A DNA stretch of 64,000 bases from Candidatus Brockarchaeota archaeon (GCA_017601145.1 JAFNIV010000005.1:3815-67814); one strand, 5' to 3'. Shown: positions 49,912 to 58,976, counted from the first letter of the stretch. Notes: a model not told the origin generated them from the letters alone. Made by a program: numbers and translations.

Positions 49912-50132
49912 GCGTTATAACCATTAGAGTTACGAAGGAAATTAAGGAAAAGTTGGAGAAATACAACGTTAACGTAAGCGAGACTGTGAGAAAATTCCTT
50001 GAAAAATATCTTGTAGAATTAGAATTGAGGGATCTTGGGGAAAGGTTGGATAGGTTAAAGGAACAATTAGGCAACAGAATAGATCCGAAATTGGTTGCTA
50101 AGCTTGTACGCGAAGACAGGGAAGCACATTGA
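49908..50132 (+). CDS. vapB: VapB-type antitoxin (ribbon-helix-helix)
   Basis: 74 aa. VITIRVTKEIKEKLEKYNVNVSETVRKFLE is RHH-like. It overlaps the downstream PIN gene by 4 nt. A TTTATAAA box lies at 49871-49878. Confidence 0.7.
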   Translation: MSVITIRVTKEIKEKLEKYNVNVSETVRKFLEKYLVELELRDLGERLDRLKEQLGNRIDPKLVAKLVREDREAH

Positions 50133-50578
50133 AGTATTTACTTGATGCCTCAGCACTACTGCCACTGGTCACTAGACGGGGCAGGCAGCTATTATTAGAA
50201 GCCACCCGTGCAGACTTGATTATCACAGACCTGGCCATATATGAAGCCTGTAACAGCCTCTGGAAGCTTTCAACATTATTGAAATCAATATCCATAGAGG
50301 ACGCCATAGACACCGCCACCACAATAAAAGACCTAGCTACAAGAGGCATGATAAAACCAATAAAATTCACAAAACTAGATTTTTCCAATACACTTCAAAT
50401 AGCATACAAAGAAGGGATAACCTTCTACGACGCCTCATATATCGCAACCGCTAGAAACGCTGAGGCCACCCTAGTAACCGAAGACGAAAAATTAAAGAAA
50501 GCAGCAAGCAAATTCATAAAAACAATAACATATTCAGACCTCGAAAGCAAACTAACTCAAACTAACGGCCAAAAATGA
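50129..50578 (+). CDS. vapC: VapC-type PIN-domain ribonuclease toxin
   Basis: 149 aa. The PIN acidic residues fall in YLLDASAL, IYEACN, FYDASYIA and VTEDEKL. Confidence 0.85.
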   Translation: MKYLLDASALLPLVTRRGRQLLLEATRADLIITDLAIYEACNSLWKLSTLLKSISIEDAIDTATTIKDLATRGMIKPIKFTKLDFSNTLQIAYKEGITFYDASYIATARNAEATLVTEDEKLKKAASKFIKTITYSDLESKLTQTNGQK

Positions 50579-50986
50579 AAGCCCGTATCTGAAAAAGTGT
50601 GATACTACAGATATAAGTTCGGATAGGACCTTTCCTATCCATGCTAGACATTGGAGTATCTTTCCTTAGCTAGTCTTCTCGCAAAAAGAGTCGACGAAAC
50701 TAAAGTTAACCGAAAGTAGGTATATTTATGCCAAATTTAGCATTTAACCTTCCTCTTTAATTCTCCTTATCGATCCTTAAACTTACATGGCCTCCTTAAT
50801 TCTTTCTCGCGATTCTCGCAGAGCAAAATTCTAGTCATAGTTCCCTGTCTCCAGACCTCTACCTTTCTGATGTGATGAAAGCAGAAGACTTTCTGACATC
50901 TCTCGCATACCTCGTGGCAGTAAGCGCATGTTCTCTTTCCGCAGATACTGCAGGCTCTCTATTACATTCTAGAAGTCTTGGTATCT

Positions 50987-51739
50987 TTAGCTGATCCTCC
51001 CTGTTATATACTTTTCAGTTATTTCTTCCTTTGGATTCCTAAAAAGCTCTGAAGTTTCGTTAAATTCAATTATTTTTCCATCGTACATAAATGCTGTAAA
51101 ATCTGAAATTCTTGCAGCTTGTCTCATGTCATGTGTTACTATAACAATCGTATAATCGTTTTTTAGATTTACTATTAGCTCTTCTATTTTCTTCATAGAA
51201 ACTGGATCAAGAGCGGAAGTGGGTTCATCCATCAACAAAACCTCTGGCTCTAAAGCTAGAGTCCTAGCTATAGTTAGCCTTTGTTGCTGGCCAACTGAAA
51301 GGCTTGTTCCTGGTGAGTCTAAAATATCTTTTACTTCATCCCATAAAGCAGCCATCCTTAGGCTTCTTTCAACAATTTTTTCAAGTTTTTCCTTCTTTGC
51401 TAAGTCATTAAGCTTAACTCCTATAGCAACATTTTCAAAAATACTCATAGATGGAAAAGGAACTGGTTTTTGAAAAACCATCCCAATCTTTCTTCTAACA
51501 GCTAAAGGATCATCCTTATAAACATCTTTGCCATCAAGTAATACTTCACCTTTTACTTTAGCTTCCGGAATCAAGTCATGAAGTCTGTTTATTGCCCTCA
51601 GAAGTGTAGATTTTCCACAACCAGAAGGTCCAATCACAGCTGTTATGGCTTGCTCAGGTATCTTCAAATTAACGTCATATATTACTTGCCTTTTACTAAA
51701 CCAAACGTTCAAATTTCTAATCTCTATTTTTGTTTTCAT
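50987..51739 (-). CDS. pstB: phosphate ABC transporter ATP-binding protein PstB (copy 2, canonical)
   Basis: 250 aa. [30 protein letters not shown] and [12 protein letters not shown]. Confidence 0.9.
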   Translation of the reverse strand: MKTKIEIRNLNVWFSKRQVIYDVNLKIPEQAITAVIGPSGCGKSTLLRAINRLHDLIPEAKVKGEVLLDGKDVYKDDPLAVRRKIGMVFQKPVPFPSMSIFENVAIGVKLNDLAKKEKLEKIVERSLRMAALWDEVKDILDSPGTSLSVGQQQRLTIARTLALEPEVLLMDEPTSALDPVSMKKIEELIVNLKNDYTIVIVTHDMRQAARISDFTAFMYDGKIIEFNETSELFRNPKEEITEKYITGRIS

Positions 51740-52578
51740 TTACTTTTACCACCAGATTTAACAATAAGGTTTAAAGCTAGCGCTACAAGCAGTAATAAGA
51801 AGGCAGCTCCCCACGCCTTTTCAACTGCTGAAGGATAAGGTTGCATGGCATATCTCCAAATCAGTAAAGTTAAGGAATTTATTGGCTTATTTATTCCTGA
51901 AAACCAAAAAGTACTACCAAGAGAAGTCATTATCAGTGGAGCTGTTTCGCCAGTTATTCTAGTAACTGCAAGAATAATTCCATTCAATACACCACTTTTT
52001 GCAGAATTTAGTACTATAAAAATTATGTTCTTCCATTTCGGGATTCCAAGAGCTATTCCTGCTTCAGAGATCGTTGAGGGTACAAGTGTAAGCGATTCTT
52101 CAGTTGTTTTTGCAATTATTGGTATCATAACTATTGCTAAAGCTAAGGCTCCAGCAATAGTAGAAAAAGAGTGCATTGGAGATACAACTACTATGTAAAC
52201 AAATATTCCAACTACTATTGAAGGTAGGTCATACAATAAGTCAACAGAGAAGCTAATTAAAGTACTCTTTTTCTCTCTTCCATATTCGTATAAGTATATT
52301 CCAGTTATTACTCCAATTGGTATCCCAATAATACTTGCCAATGTTACCAAAATTAAGGTCCCTTGTATCGCATTTGCTATGCCTCCAACTGATTCTCCTA
52401 CTGGACCTGGAAGTAGAATGAAGAAGTCTAAGTTTATTGCTTTAATTCCATTCTTTACAACTTCAAATATGATACTAAAGAGAGGAATAATTGCTATAAC
52501 TGTTGATAAAGAAGCAAACAAAAACAAAAAAGTATTTTGAATTTTTTTCTTAACTCTAAGACTTATCGTGCTAATCAC
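51736..52578 (-). CDS. pstA: phosphate ABC transporter permease PstA (copy 2)
   Basis: 280 aa, multi-TM, with a [10 protein letters not shown] loop. Confidence 0.9.
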   Translation of the reverse strand: MISTISLRVKKKIQNTFLFLFASLSTVIAIIPLFSIIFEVVKNGIKAINLDFFILLPGPVGESVGGIANAIQGTLILVTLASIIGIPIGVITGIYLYEYGREKKSTLISFSVDLLYDLPSIVVGIFVYIVVVSPMHSFSTIAGALALAIVMIPIIAKTTEESLTLVPSTISEAGIALGIPKWKNIIFIVLNSAKSGVLNGIILAVTRITGETAPLIMTSLGSTFWFSGINKPINSLTLLIWRYAMQPYPSAVEKAWGAAFLLLLVALALNLIVKSGGKSK

Positions 52579-53486
52579 CTCTTATACTTACTAACTATCA
52601 TTCTAGCACTCAAATTAACTATAACTGCCATTATAAGTAAAACTAAACCAGCGCCAATCAAGGCATTTGGATGTAATGAAGTTGGATTAGCTTCATTAAA
52701 CTCATTTGCAATTAAACTAGACAAAGTTTGACCAGCAGAAAACAAACTTTTTGGCAAAGCATTTTCTCCAGTTGCATTGCCTATTACCATGCTAACAGCC
52801 ATTGTTTCTCCTATTGCTCTTCCAAGTCCAAGAAGTATTGCTCCAATAATTCCATTTTTTGAATAACGTATTGAACCATGAACAACTACATCGTATCTAC
52901 TTCCACCAATCGCATAAATTCCTTCTTTTATCTCTGTTGGAACTTGTTCAAGAACTTCCGTAGTAATAGAAGAAACGATCGGAATTATCATGATAGCAAG
53001 TATGAGACCACCGTTCAAGAAATCTAATCCTGTTGGTGTCGTAGAGAAAATACTTAATCCTCCAAAATAGTGGTAAAGAGGTCTTTCTATATATTCCAAG
53101 ATAAAGTTTCTGAATATAAAAAATCCCCATAAGCCATATATTACACTTGGAATTGCGGCCAATAAACTAATCATTGTACCTAAATAGTTCTTCAAAGTCT
53201 TGTTTGAGTATTCCGTTAGAAATAAAGCGATTCCAAAGCTTACTGGAACTCCTACAAGTATTGCGATAAAAGATGTTAAAACTGTTCCTAAAAAGTATGG
53301 GAGTATACCATATTCTTCTTTTCCAAAAACAGGATTCCAACTAGTAGAAATAAAATAGTTGATACCCATCTTATTAATTACTGGAAAAGTATACTGAACT
53401 AGAACAACGAATATTAAAGCTAATAGCAATAAAGATATTGAAGCAACTGCTAAAGAAAATAAGTGAAAAATTTCATCTTCATTCAT
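52575..53486 (-). CDS. pstC: phosphate ABC transporter permease PstC (copy 2)
   Basis: 303 aa, multi-TM, with a GRAIGETMAV loop. Confidence 0.9.
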   Translation of the reverse strand: MNEDEIFHLFSLAVASISLLLLALIFVVLVQYTFPVINKMGINYFISTSWNPVFGKEEYGILPYFLGTVLTSFIAILVGVPVSFGIALFLTEYSNKTLKNYLGTMISLLAAIPSVIYGLWGFFIFRNFILEYIERPLYHYFGGLSIFSTTPTGLDFLNGGLILAIMIIPIVSSITTEVLEQVPTEIKEGIYAIGGSRYDVVVHGSIRYSKNGIIGAILLGLGRAIGETMAVSMVIGNATGENALPKSLFSAGQTLSSLIANEFNEANPTSLHPNALIGAGLVLLIMAVIVNLSARMIVSKYKR

Positions 53487-53487
53487 T

Positions 53488-54609
53488 TTAACTGCCGCCT
53501 ATCAGGTTAATTCCTTTAAATTTTATCATTTTTATACTTTCTTCATTGATCTTTACAACTTCAGGAGGTAGTGGGACATACCCTAAACTTAAAGAATAGT
53601 TTTGCCCACTGTGAATGCACCACCAAAGAAAATTTACAAGATCTTTGGCCTTTTTCTCATTCATTCCTGGTAACGTGCTAAGATCATTATACAGAAGGAG
53701 ATAACTGAAGCTAACTATTGGATACGCATTCTTACCTGGAGCATCAACCAAAGATACATTTTCCCAGCTTTCATTACCCTTTGGAAGACTTTTTGCTAAG
53801 CTAGAAGCTGCTTCTTCAACACTTTCTGGAACTGGAACAACAAAATTTCCATATTGATTTTTTATTGCAGCATAAGTCATGTTTGTTTGCATTGCATAAG
53901 ATAGCTCAATATACCCAATAGAAAAACTAACTTGATTTATTAGACTCGCTACACCCTCGCTTCCTACAGCTCCTAGTCCAATAGGCCACTGAACAGATGT
54001 TCCTCGACCAACTAAAGAATACCATTCTTTGCTTACCTTAGACAAATAGTCTGTAAAAACATATGTAGTTCCTGACCCCTCAGCTCTATGTATAACAACG
54101 ATTTTTTCATCAGGCATCTTAATACCTGGATTTAACTTAGCTATTCTTTCGTCTGACCATTTTGTAATTTTTCCCAAATATATATCAGCTATAACTTCAC
54201 CTGTTAAATTAATTCTTAAATTCACGTTTGGTAAATTGTACGATATAACAACTGCTCCTAATGTTTCAGGTATATGAATAACTCCTTTTGCAACCTCCAT
54301 TTGTTGTTTGTTTAGTGGAGCGTCACTTGCTCCAAAGTCTACCGTTTTATTTATAAATAATCTTATTCCCCCTCCACTTCCTATTGATTGATAACTGATT
54401 AGCATAGAAGGATTAACTTTCCTGTATTCGCTACTCCATTTTGAAATTAGAGGATAAACAAATGTAGAACCTGCTCCATTTATAACAAGTGTAGAAGAAG
54501 GTAAAATTGCAAGATACAGAACATAAACAAAGATTAGAAAGCTGAAGAGAAGGTATCTTAAAAATTTTTTTGTAGTTGACCCTCTCTTCATTGAATCGCA
54601 CTTCTTCAA
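53488..54609 (-). CDS. pstS: phosphate ABC transporter substrate-binding protein PstS (copy 2)
   Basis: 373 aa. GAGSTFVYPL, IGSGGG and ASDAPL motifs, with an N-terminal anchor. Confidence 0.9.
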   Translation of the reverse strand: MKKCDSMKRGSTTKKFLRYLLFSFLIFVYVLYLAILPSSTLVINGAGSTFVYPLISKWSSEYRKVNPSMLISYQSIGSGGGIRLFINKTVDFGASDAPLNKQQMEVAKGVIHIPETLGAVVISYNLPNVNLRINLTGEVIADIYLGKITKWSDERIAKLNPGIKMPDEKIVVIHRAEGSGTTYVFTDYLSKVSKEWYSLVGRGTSVQWPIGLGAVGSEGVASLINQVSFSIGYIELSYAMQTNMTYAAIKNQYGNFVVPVPESVEEAASSLAKSLPKGNESWENVSLVDAPGKNAYPIVSFSYLLLYNDLSTLPGMNEKKAKDLVNFLWWCIHSGQNYSLSLGYVPLPPEVVKINEESIKMIKFKGINLIGGS

Positions 54610-55367
54610 AAACTATATTTAAGCTTTACTAGCTTCATACATGAGTTTTGAAAGTCTAAGATAACGTTTGAATTGCTAAACATTAATTGTTAAAGGTCTT
54701 AAGGCATTTATTCCAATTTATCTTTTATTTTTTAAGACAAAAATTTTGGATTTTTATTTACCACATTTCTTAATCGTAAGCATTTTAAGAAAAAAGAACA
54801 TTCGAAAAAGATTAGAGTACACATGAAACTACGGATCCTTGACAGACGTAAAGCAACCAACAGAACGAGAATGCAAATTCGTTTTAGAAACATGGAAGTT
54901 AAAATACTGATATCTTGATATAAAGAATGAAATTGAAACATATTAAAAACCTAACAATGACGTAAGCATGATGCTCAGTGAAAGGAAGAACCTATAAAGA
55001 TCTTACGTAGAACGTTAAACAGAAATTTGAATTTACATGAAAGATAGTCTATATGTAATGAGTTTTGCTATAGAGTAATCGTAATCTTCAAACCAAAAAA
55101 TAGATAAAATATAAAAAGAGCCTATCCTAAATACTGAAACATCCAACCTCGGCTATGGAGTAGATCATAGAAAAGAGGTATTAAACTTAAGTTTTCTATT
55201 TACAACACAATTGGTCATATCCAAAATTGAATGAGAAACGAATAGGATCATAGTGTCGAAAGAAGTATTCACTCAACATATAATAGTATGTAACACTCCT
55301 TTTAAAAAACAGCTCAAATGTTTATTTGTAACAAAAAGTTAAATAGTTTTATAGAAGTAATAAAAAT

Positions 55368-56411
55368 ATGGTTGAGATAATAGACGCTCCTCAAATAACT
55401 GACAATTTCATAAGAAAACTTTATGAAAAAACAAAACCTTCCTTAGCTTTTAAGGCAAAAAACAAGGAAGATTTTCTTGAATGGAAAGAAAAACTAAAGA
55501 ATAAAATAAAGGAACTTCTTGGGGATTTTCCAGAACCTGCACCACTAAATCCCAAGTTACTATCAAAAGAAGATACTGAACATTTTGTAAGAGAAAAGTG
55601 GTTGATTCAATCAGAAGAAGATTGTTGGGTTCCACTTTACTTACTTATTCCAAAGAATAAAAAAGAAAAACTTCCTGCAATTTTATGTGCGCATGGTCAT
55701 GGTCAATATGGAAAAGATTTAGTAGCAGGAGTTCACTTTAACGATTCTGCTAGAAAATCTGAAATTCAAAAACTAAATTACAACTATGGTGAACAGATGG
55801 CTATTGCAGGATTTGTAACCATTATACCAGATTGGAGAAGTTTTGGAGAAAGAATTGGCTATCAAAATCCTTATCCAGGAAGAGATATTTGCAACGTTCA
55901 TTTTCTTCAACACTTAATTTTAGGGAGAACATTGCTTGGCGCAAACATTTTTGATGGAATGAGAGTAATTGATTTCTTGGTAACACGTGAAGAAGTAGAT
56001 TATTCAAGAATAGGTTGCATGGGCTTATCTTTTGGAGGTACGATGACAACGTATTTAACCTTACTTGACGATAGAATAAAAGCCGCTGATATAATATGTT
56101 ATGCAACTACTACAGAGCATTATGCTATTTCTAGACCAAATTTCTGTGGTTCACAAATTGTACCTTATTTATATAAGTATGCAGACGTCCCAGATGTGAT
56201 TGCAGCTATCGCTCCAAAACCTCTACTAATAGAAAGTGGGGCTTCAGATACTTGCTTTTGGATACATTCTGCACTTAAAGCACATGAAACAATAAAGAAA
56301 GCCTATGAAATTTCTGGTGTTTCTGAAAATCTATGGATTGAAGTCTTCCCAGGAGAGCATTCTTTCTCAGGAAAGTTGGCTTTCAGCTTTTTCAAAAAGT
56401 TCCTTAGCTAA
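55368..56411 (+). CDS. alpha/beta hydrolase (dienelactone hydrolase / acetyl esterase-like)
   Basis: 347 aa. The nucleophile elbow is GCMGLSFGG, with HGHG upstream and a C-terminal GEHSF. Confidence 0.7.
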   Translation: MVEIIDAPQITDNFIRKLYEKTKPSLAFKAKNKEDFLEWKEKLKNKIKELLGDFPEPAPLNPKLLSKEDTEHFVREKWLIQSEEDCWVPLYLLIPKNKKEKLPAILCAHGHGQYGKDLVAGVHFNDSARKSEIQKLNYNYGEQMAIAGFVTIIPDWRSFGERIGYQNPYPGRDICNVHFLQHLILGRTLLGANIFDGMRVIDFLVTREEVDYSRIGCMGLSFGGTMTTYLTLLDDRIKAADIICYATTTEHYAISRPNFCGSQIVPYLYKYADVPDVIAAIAPKPLLIESGASDTCFWIHSALKAHETIKKAYEISGVSENLWIEVFPGEHSFSGKLAFSFFKKFLS

Positions 56412-56461
56412 CACTATTTTTATCTCAAGTTTTAAATATAGGTCCAACTTCTTAAAGTTAC

Positions 56462-57133
56462 ATGCTTGGTGTACTTGTAAACGTTAGCACTATCATTTTT
56501 GGAAGTATCGCAGGTATATTGTTAAAAAAACAAATTCCAAAGGGAAAAGAAGAAATATTTATAGATGCAGTAGGCATCTTTACCTTATCTCTTGGGATCA
56601 TCATGGTACAAAGTGAGAAGGATGTAGTTTCAGTTGTAGTAAGTATTTTACTTGGCTCATTACTTGGAGAAATTTTTGCGATTGAGGAAAAACTTAACAA
56701 AGTTGCAGAAAGCTTAAAAAATAAAATTAGAGGAGAAAGTAGGTTTGTAGAAGGGTTTGTAGTATCTTCAGTTACATTTTGTGTTGGGCCAATGGCAATC
56801 CTTGGCTCAATAATGGATGGGATGGGTGATCCTAGTATACTCGTAACTAAGGCGTTGTTAGATGGCCTTATGGCTATAGTTTACTCCTCTTCCTTAGGTA
56901 TTGGAGTTTTGTTCAGTTTCATACCTGTTTTTGTTTACCAAGGTTTAATAGCATTCTTTTCCCTTTATTTAAAGGCAATATTTTCTGAAAAAATAATTGG
57001 GGATTTTACGGCAACAGGAGGTTTACTTCTTTTGGGATTGGGTATAAACATATTGAACTTAAAGAAGATAAAAGTTGCAAATATGCTTCCCTCATTGATA
57101 GTTGTGATAATAGTTACAAGTATTTTCTTTTAG
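56462..57133 (+). CDS. DUF554-family membrane protein
   Basis: 223 aa. The N-terminus MLGVLVNVSTIIFGSIAGILLKKQIP and the multi-TM layout are typical of the YdfK/YqgA-like family. Confidence 0.7.
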   Translation: MLGVLVNVSTIIFGSIAGILLKKQIPKGKEEIFIDAVGIFTLSLGIIMVQSEKDVVSVVVSILLGSLLGEIFAIEEKLNKVAESLKNKIRGESRFVEGFVVSSVTFCVGPMAILGSIMDGMGDPSILVTKALLDGLMAIVYSSSLGIGVLFSFIPVFVYQGLIAFFSLYLKAIFSEKIIGDFTATGGLLLLGLGINILNLKKIKVANMLPSLIVVIIVTSIFF

Positions 57134-57191
57134 CCTTTTATTTTATATCGTGTGTTCCAGAGAATTTTTTTAGAGTCTTTCTCCTCTTTTT

Positions 57192-57540
57192 TGGAGGGAG
57201 GGCGGTTGATGGGAAAGTGTCCTGTCTGCGACAACATTGTAGCACGCTGCGAGAGTGAGGTTAGAAAGATTCTTTTGGGAGAGGATGGTTGATCTGCACC
57301 TTGAACGTCTTTTTCCACCATTTTTTGGGCATGTTTTTGGCTAAAAATGTTGAGAGGATGAATTATGTTAGAATTCCCTCCTCTAATGATCCCGAAATGG
57401 GAGCTCCGTTTCCGGCCTCCGTATTTTCCAGGCTTCCTGTCTGGAGGGTGTTGAACGGTGGAGTCATGTAAGAGGGTTGAAGGCTTCCTGGGCAGGAAAT
57501 GTCTAAGAAGCCTGCGCCCTCTTTGCCTTGGCGTCCTCCA
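57192..57540. ncRNA. candidate structured RNA, class and strand unresolved (RNase P-like motifs on +, SRP helix-8-like hairpin on -)
   Basis: Hand count gives 173 G+C in 350 nt (57191-57540), about 49%, in an ORF-poor gap of an AT-rich genome. The ends are complementary: TGGAGG 57192-57197 with CCTCCA 57535-57540, and GAGGGCG 57198-57204 with CGCCCTC 57515-57521. GNRA hairpins occur at 57391-57401 (+) and 57406-57415 (-). AGGCTTCCTG is duplicated at 57430 and 57481, and its complement GAAGCCT lies at 57507. The two ORFs listed here have no convincing protein features. Confidence 0.35.
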
Positions 57541-57578
57541 TGTTCTCCTTTTATATTAAAAGTTTTTTGGAGAAAAAA

Positions 57579-57586
57579 TTTATAAA
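57579..57586 (+). promoter_or_regulatory. TATA box for a probably leaderless transcript of the 57611 gene
   Basis: TTTATAAA ends 25 nt upstream of the ATG at 57611. This spacing fits an archaeal TATA-to-TSS distance with the TSS at or next to the start codon. Confidence 0.45.
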
Positions 57587-57610
57587 CTACAATTATTTAA
57601 ATTAAGGCAA

Positions 57611-57958
57611 ATGAGCCCAGAAGAAAAGAAAACGAAGACTTCGCTAGGTTTAGACGAGAATTTAGAAGCAGCATTATCATATGTGCTTGGATGGATTACT
57701 GGATTAATCTTCTTTTTGCTCGAGAAAGAAAGTAAATTTGTAAAATTTCATGCTTTACAGTCGATAATCACTTTCTTAGGGCTACATGTGTTTACGATCT
57801 TCTTAGGGATTATTCCATTTATAGGATGGGCATTTGATTCACTCATAGGTTTGGCAGGATTAGTTATATGGATTATTTGCATAATTAAAGCATACCAAGG
57901 AGAGAAATTTAAATTACCCATAGTTGGAGACATCGCAGAAAAAAACGTTTTTGGATGA
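57611..57958 (+). CDS. DUF4870-like small membrane protein
   Basis: 115 aa. NLEAALSYVLGWITGLIFFLLEKESKFVKFHALQS is characteristic of this family. Three TM helices. Confidence 0.65.
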   Translation: MSPEEKKTKTSLGLDENLEAALSYVLGWITGLIFFLLEKESKFVKFHALQSIITFLGLHVFTIFLGIIPFIGWAFDSLIGLAGLVIWIICIIKAYQGEKFKLPIVGDIAEKNVFG

Positions 57959-57997
57959 CTTTAAAACTGATTTCACTAAAATGTGTAAAGTGAAAGA

Positions 57998-58489
57998 TTG
58001 AATACAAAAGTTTTAACATTCTTGAGAGTTGTAAGTTTCCTATTTTTAGTTTTTGCTTTGATTACAGTAATGGCATCGTTATTGAATATTTCTTTGTTTT
58101 TTCTAGGCCTAGCGAATGAAGTACAAAACACTAAAGTTTCTTTTAGTTCTAACTATTTGTATAGGAATGCTTCTCTAAGTATTGAGATGCCCATAAAGAA
58201 TAATGGATTTTTGCCTCTAAGATTGGATGCAAAAATAGAACTTTTCCTTTCGAATGGAAGCATTTTAGGAATTGCTAAGGACACTAAGGATATTGCTCCA
58301 GGAGAGTTAAAAACAATGAGTTTAACGGTACAAATAGAAGAAAGTAATTTCATGAAAATTGTTGAAAACCTTACAATGAAGGAAGTAAAAGCTATTGTTT
58401 CTTTTAAACTTAGAACTTTATATGACCTAATTAGTGTAAATATATCTGCACCAGTTCACCTAAGTGGTGCTTTTTCAACAGGAGGTTGA
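57998..58489 (+). CDS. membrane-anchored hypothetical protein (beta-rich ectodomain)
   Basis: 163 aa from a TTG start. A single N-terminal TM helix is followed by a soluble domain. No motif recognised. Confidence 0.4.
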   Translation: MNTKVLTFLRVVSFLFLVFALITVMASLLNISLFFLGLANEVQNTKVSFSSNYLYRNASLSIEMPIKNNGFLPLRLDAKIELFLSNGSILGIAKDTKDIAPGELKTMSLTVQIEESNFMKIVENLTMKEVKAIVSFKLRTLYDLISVNISAPVHLSGAFSTGG

Positions 58490-58496
58490 AAAGTTG

Positions 58497-58976
58497 ATGT
58501 TGAAAAAAATGTTTTTTCCAATTCTTAATCTTGTTACGTTAGTAATTTTACCGCTAATCTTAAACTACTATATAACTTTAAACTACAAAGAGTCATTAGA
58601 ACAATTGGAAACCTTAACAAATATAAGTATACGAAGCTCACTTATGTTTATCACAGCAATTGGAATAATGATTACAATACTATCTATAGCTAAGAGTTTC
58701 TCAAATAAGGCAAGTTTTATTAACTTACTTTCTTCTTTAGGAATGTCTTTACTTTGGTTCTTGTTACTAAGCTTCGCTATATCCTTCGGGCAATTTCCGG
58801 ATGGATTAATTGGTATGAGTACAATTTACATAAAAACATCACCTTCTATGCCTTTAAGCGAAGCTATTGTAGTTAAGTTTGACTTTAGATTTGTGATGAT
58901 CTTTCTTGCACTTTCACTCATGTTTAGTATGCTAAGTGACACCTTGAGTTTTAAAGAAGGCTTAAAACACAAGTGA
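58497..58976 (+). CDS. polytopic membrane hypothetical protein
   Basis: The ATG at 58497 lies 11 nt after GGAGG (58481-58485); the ORF track uses GTG 58464. About 4 TM helices. Confidence 0.4.
   Translation: MLKKMFFPILNLVTLVILPLILNYYITLNYKESLEQLETLTNISIRSSLMFITAIGIMITILSIAKSFSNKASFINLLSSLGMSLLWFLLLSFAISFGQFPDGLIGMSTIYIKTSPSMPLSEAIVVKFDFRFVMIFLALSLMFSMLSDTLSFKEGLKHK

Larger units (their letters stand above)
45507..50986. other. mosaic G+C-richer accessory block made of TA modules and gene debris
   Basis: A sample 100-nt hand count gave 51% G+C for 46501-46600 and 17% for 12001-12100. The only intact genes are HEPN/MNT, MNT and vapBC. All other reading frames are truncated or frameshifted. 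No integrase or transposase was seen. Confidence 0.55.

Noticed and set aside
50621-50640. Perfect 8-bp hairpin, GGATAGGA-cctt-TCCTATCC, 43 nt after vapC.
   Set aside because: It could be a transcript-end structure or an element border, but no T-tract or repeat partner was found. The evidence is insufficient for a terminator or att call.
50863-50896. GTGATGA ... CTGA arrangement and a duplicated CTTTCTGA, resembling half of a C/D-box sRNA.
   Set aside because: No matching C'/D pair or terminal stem is present. The repeat is explained by the coding-like Cys-rich frame on the other strand.
50770-50960. Cys-rich minus-strand frame, CSICGKRTCAYCHEVCERCQKVFCFHH..., which looks like a zinc-ribbon or B-box-like protein.
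   Set aside because: The frame opens directly after ATG-TAA-TAG and has no ATG, GTG or TTG until near its end. It is probably another truncated remnant of the accessory block, so it is not called as a gene.
57208-57291. 27-aa ORF MGKCPVCDNIVARCESEVRKILLGEDG preceded by GGAGGGAGGG.
   Set aside because: It lies inside the G+C-rich segment whose purine run also forms the terminal helix of the putative RNA. A single CxxC is not enough to call a zinc finger, and the ORF is too short to support on its own.
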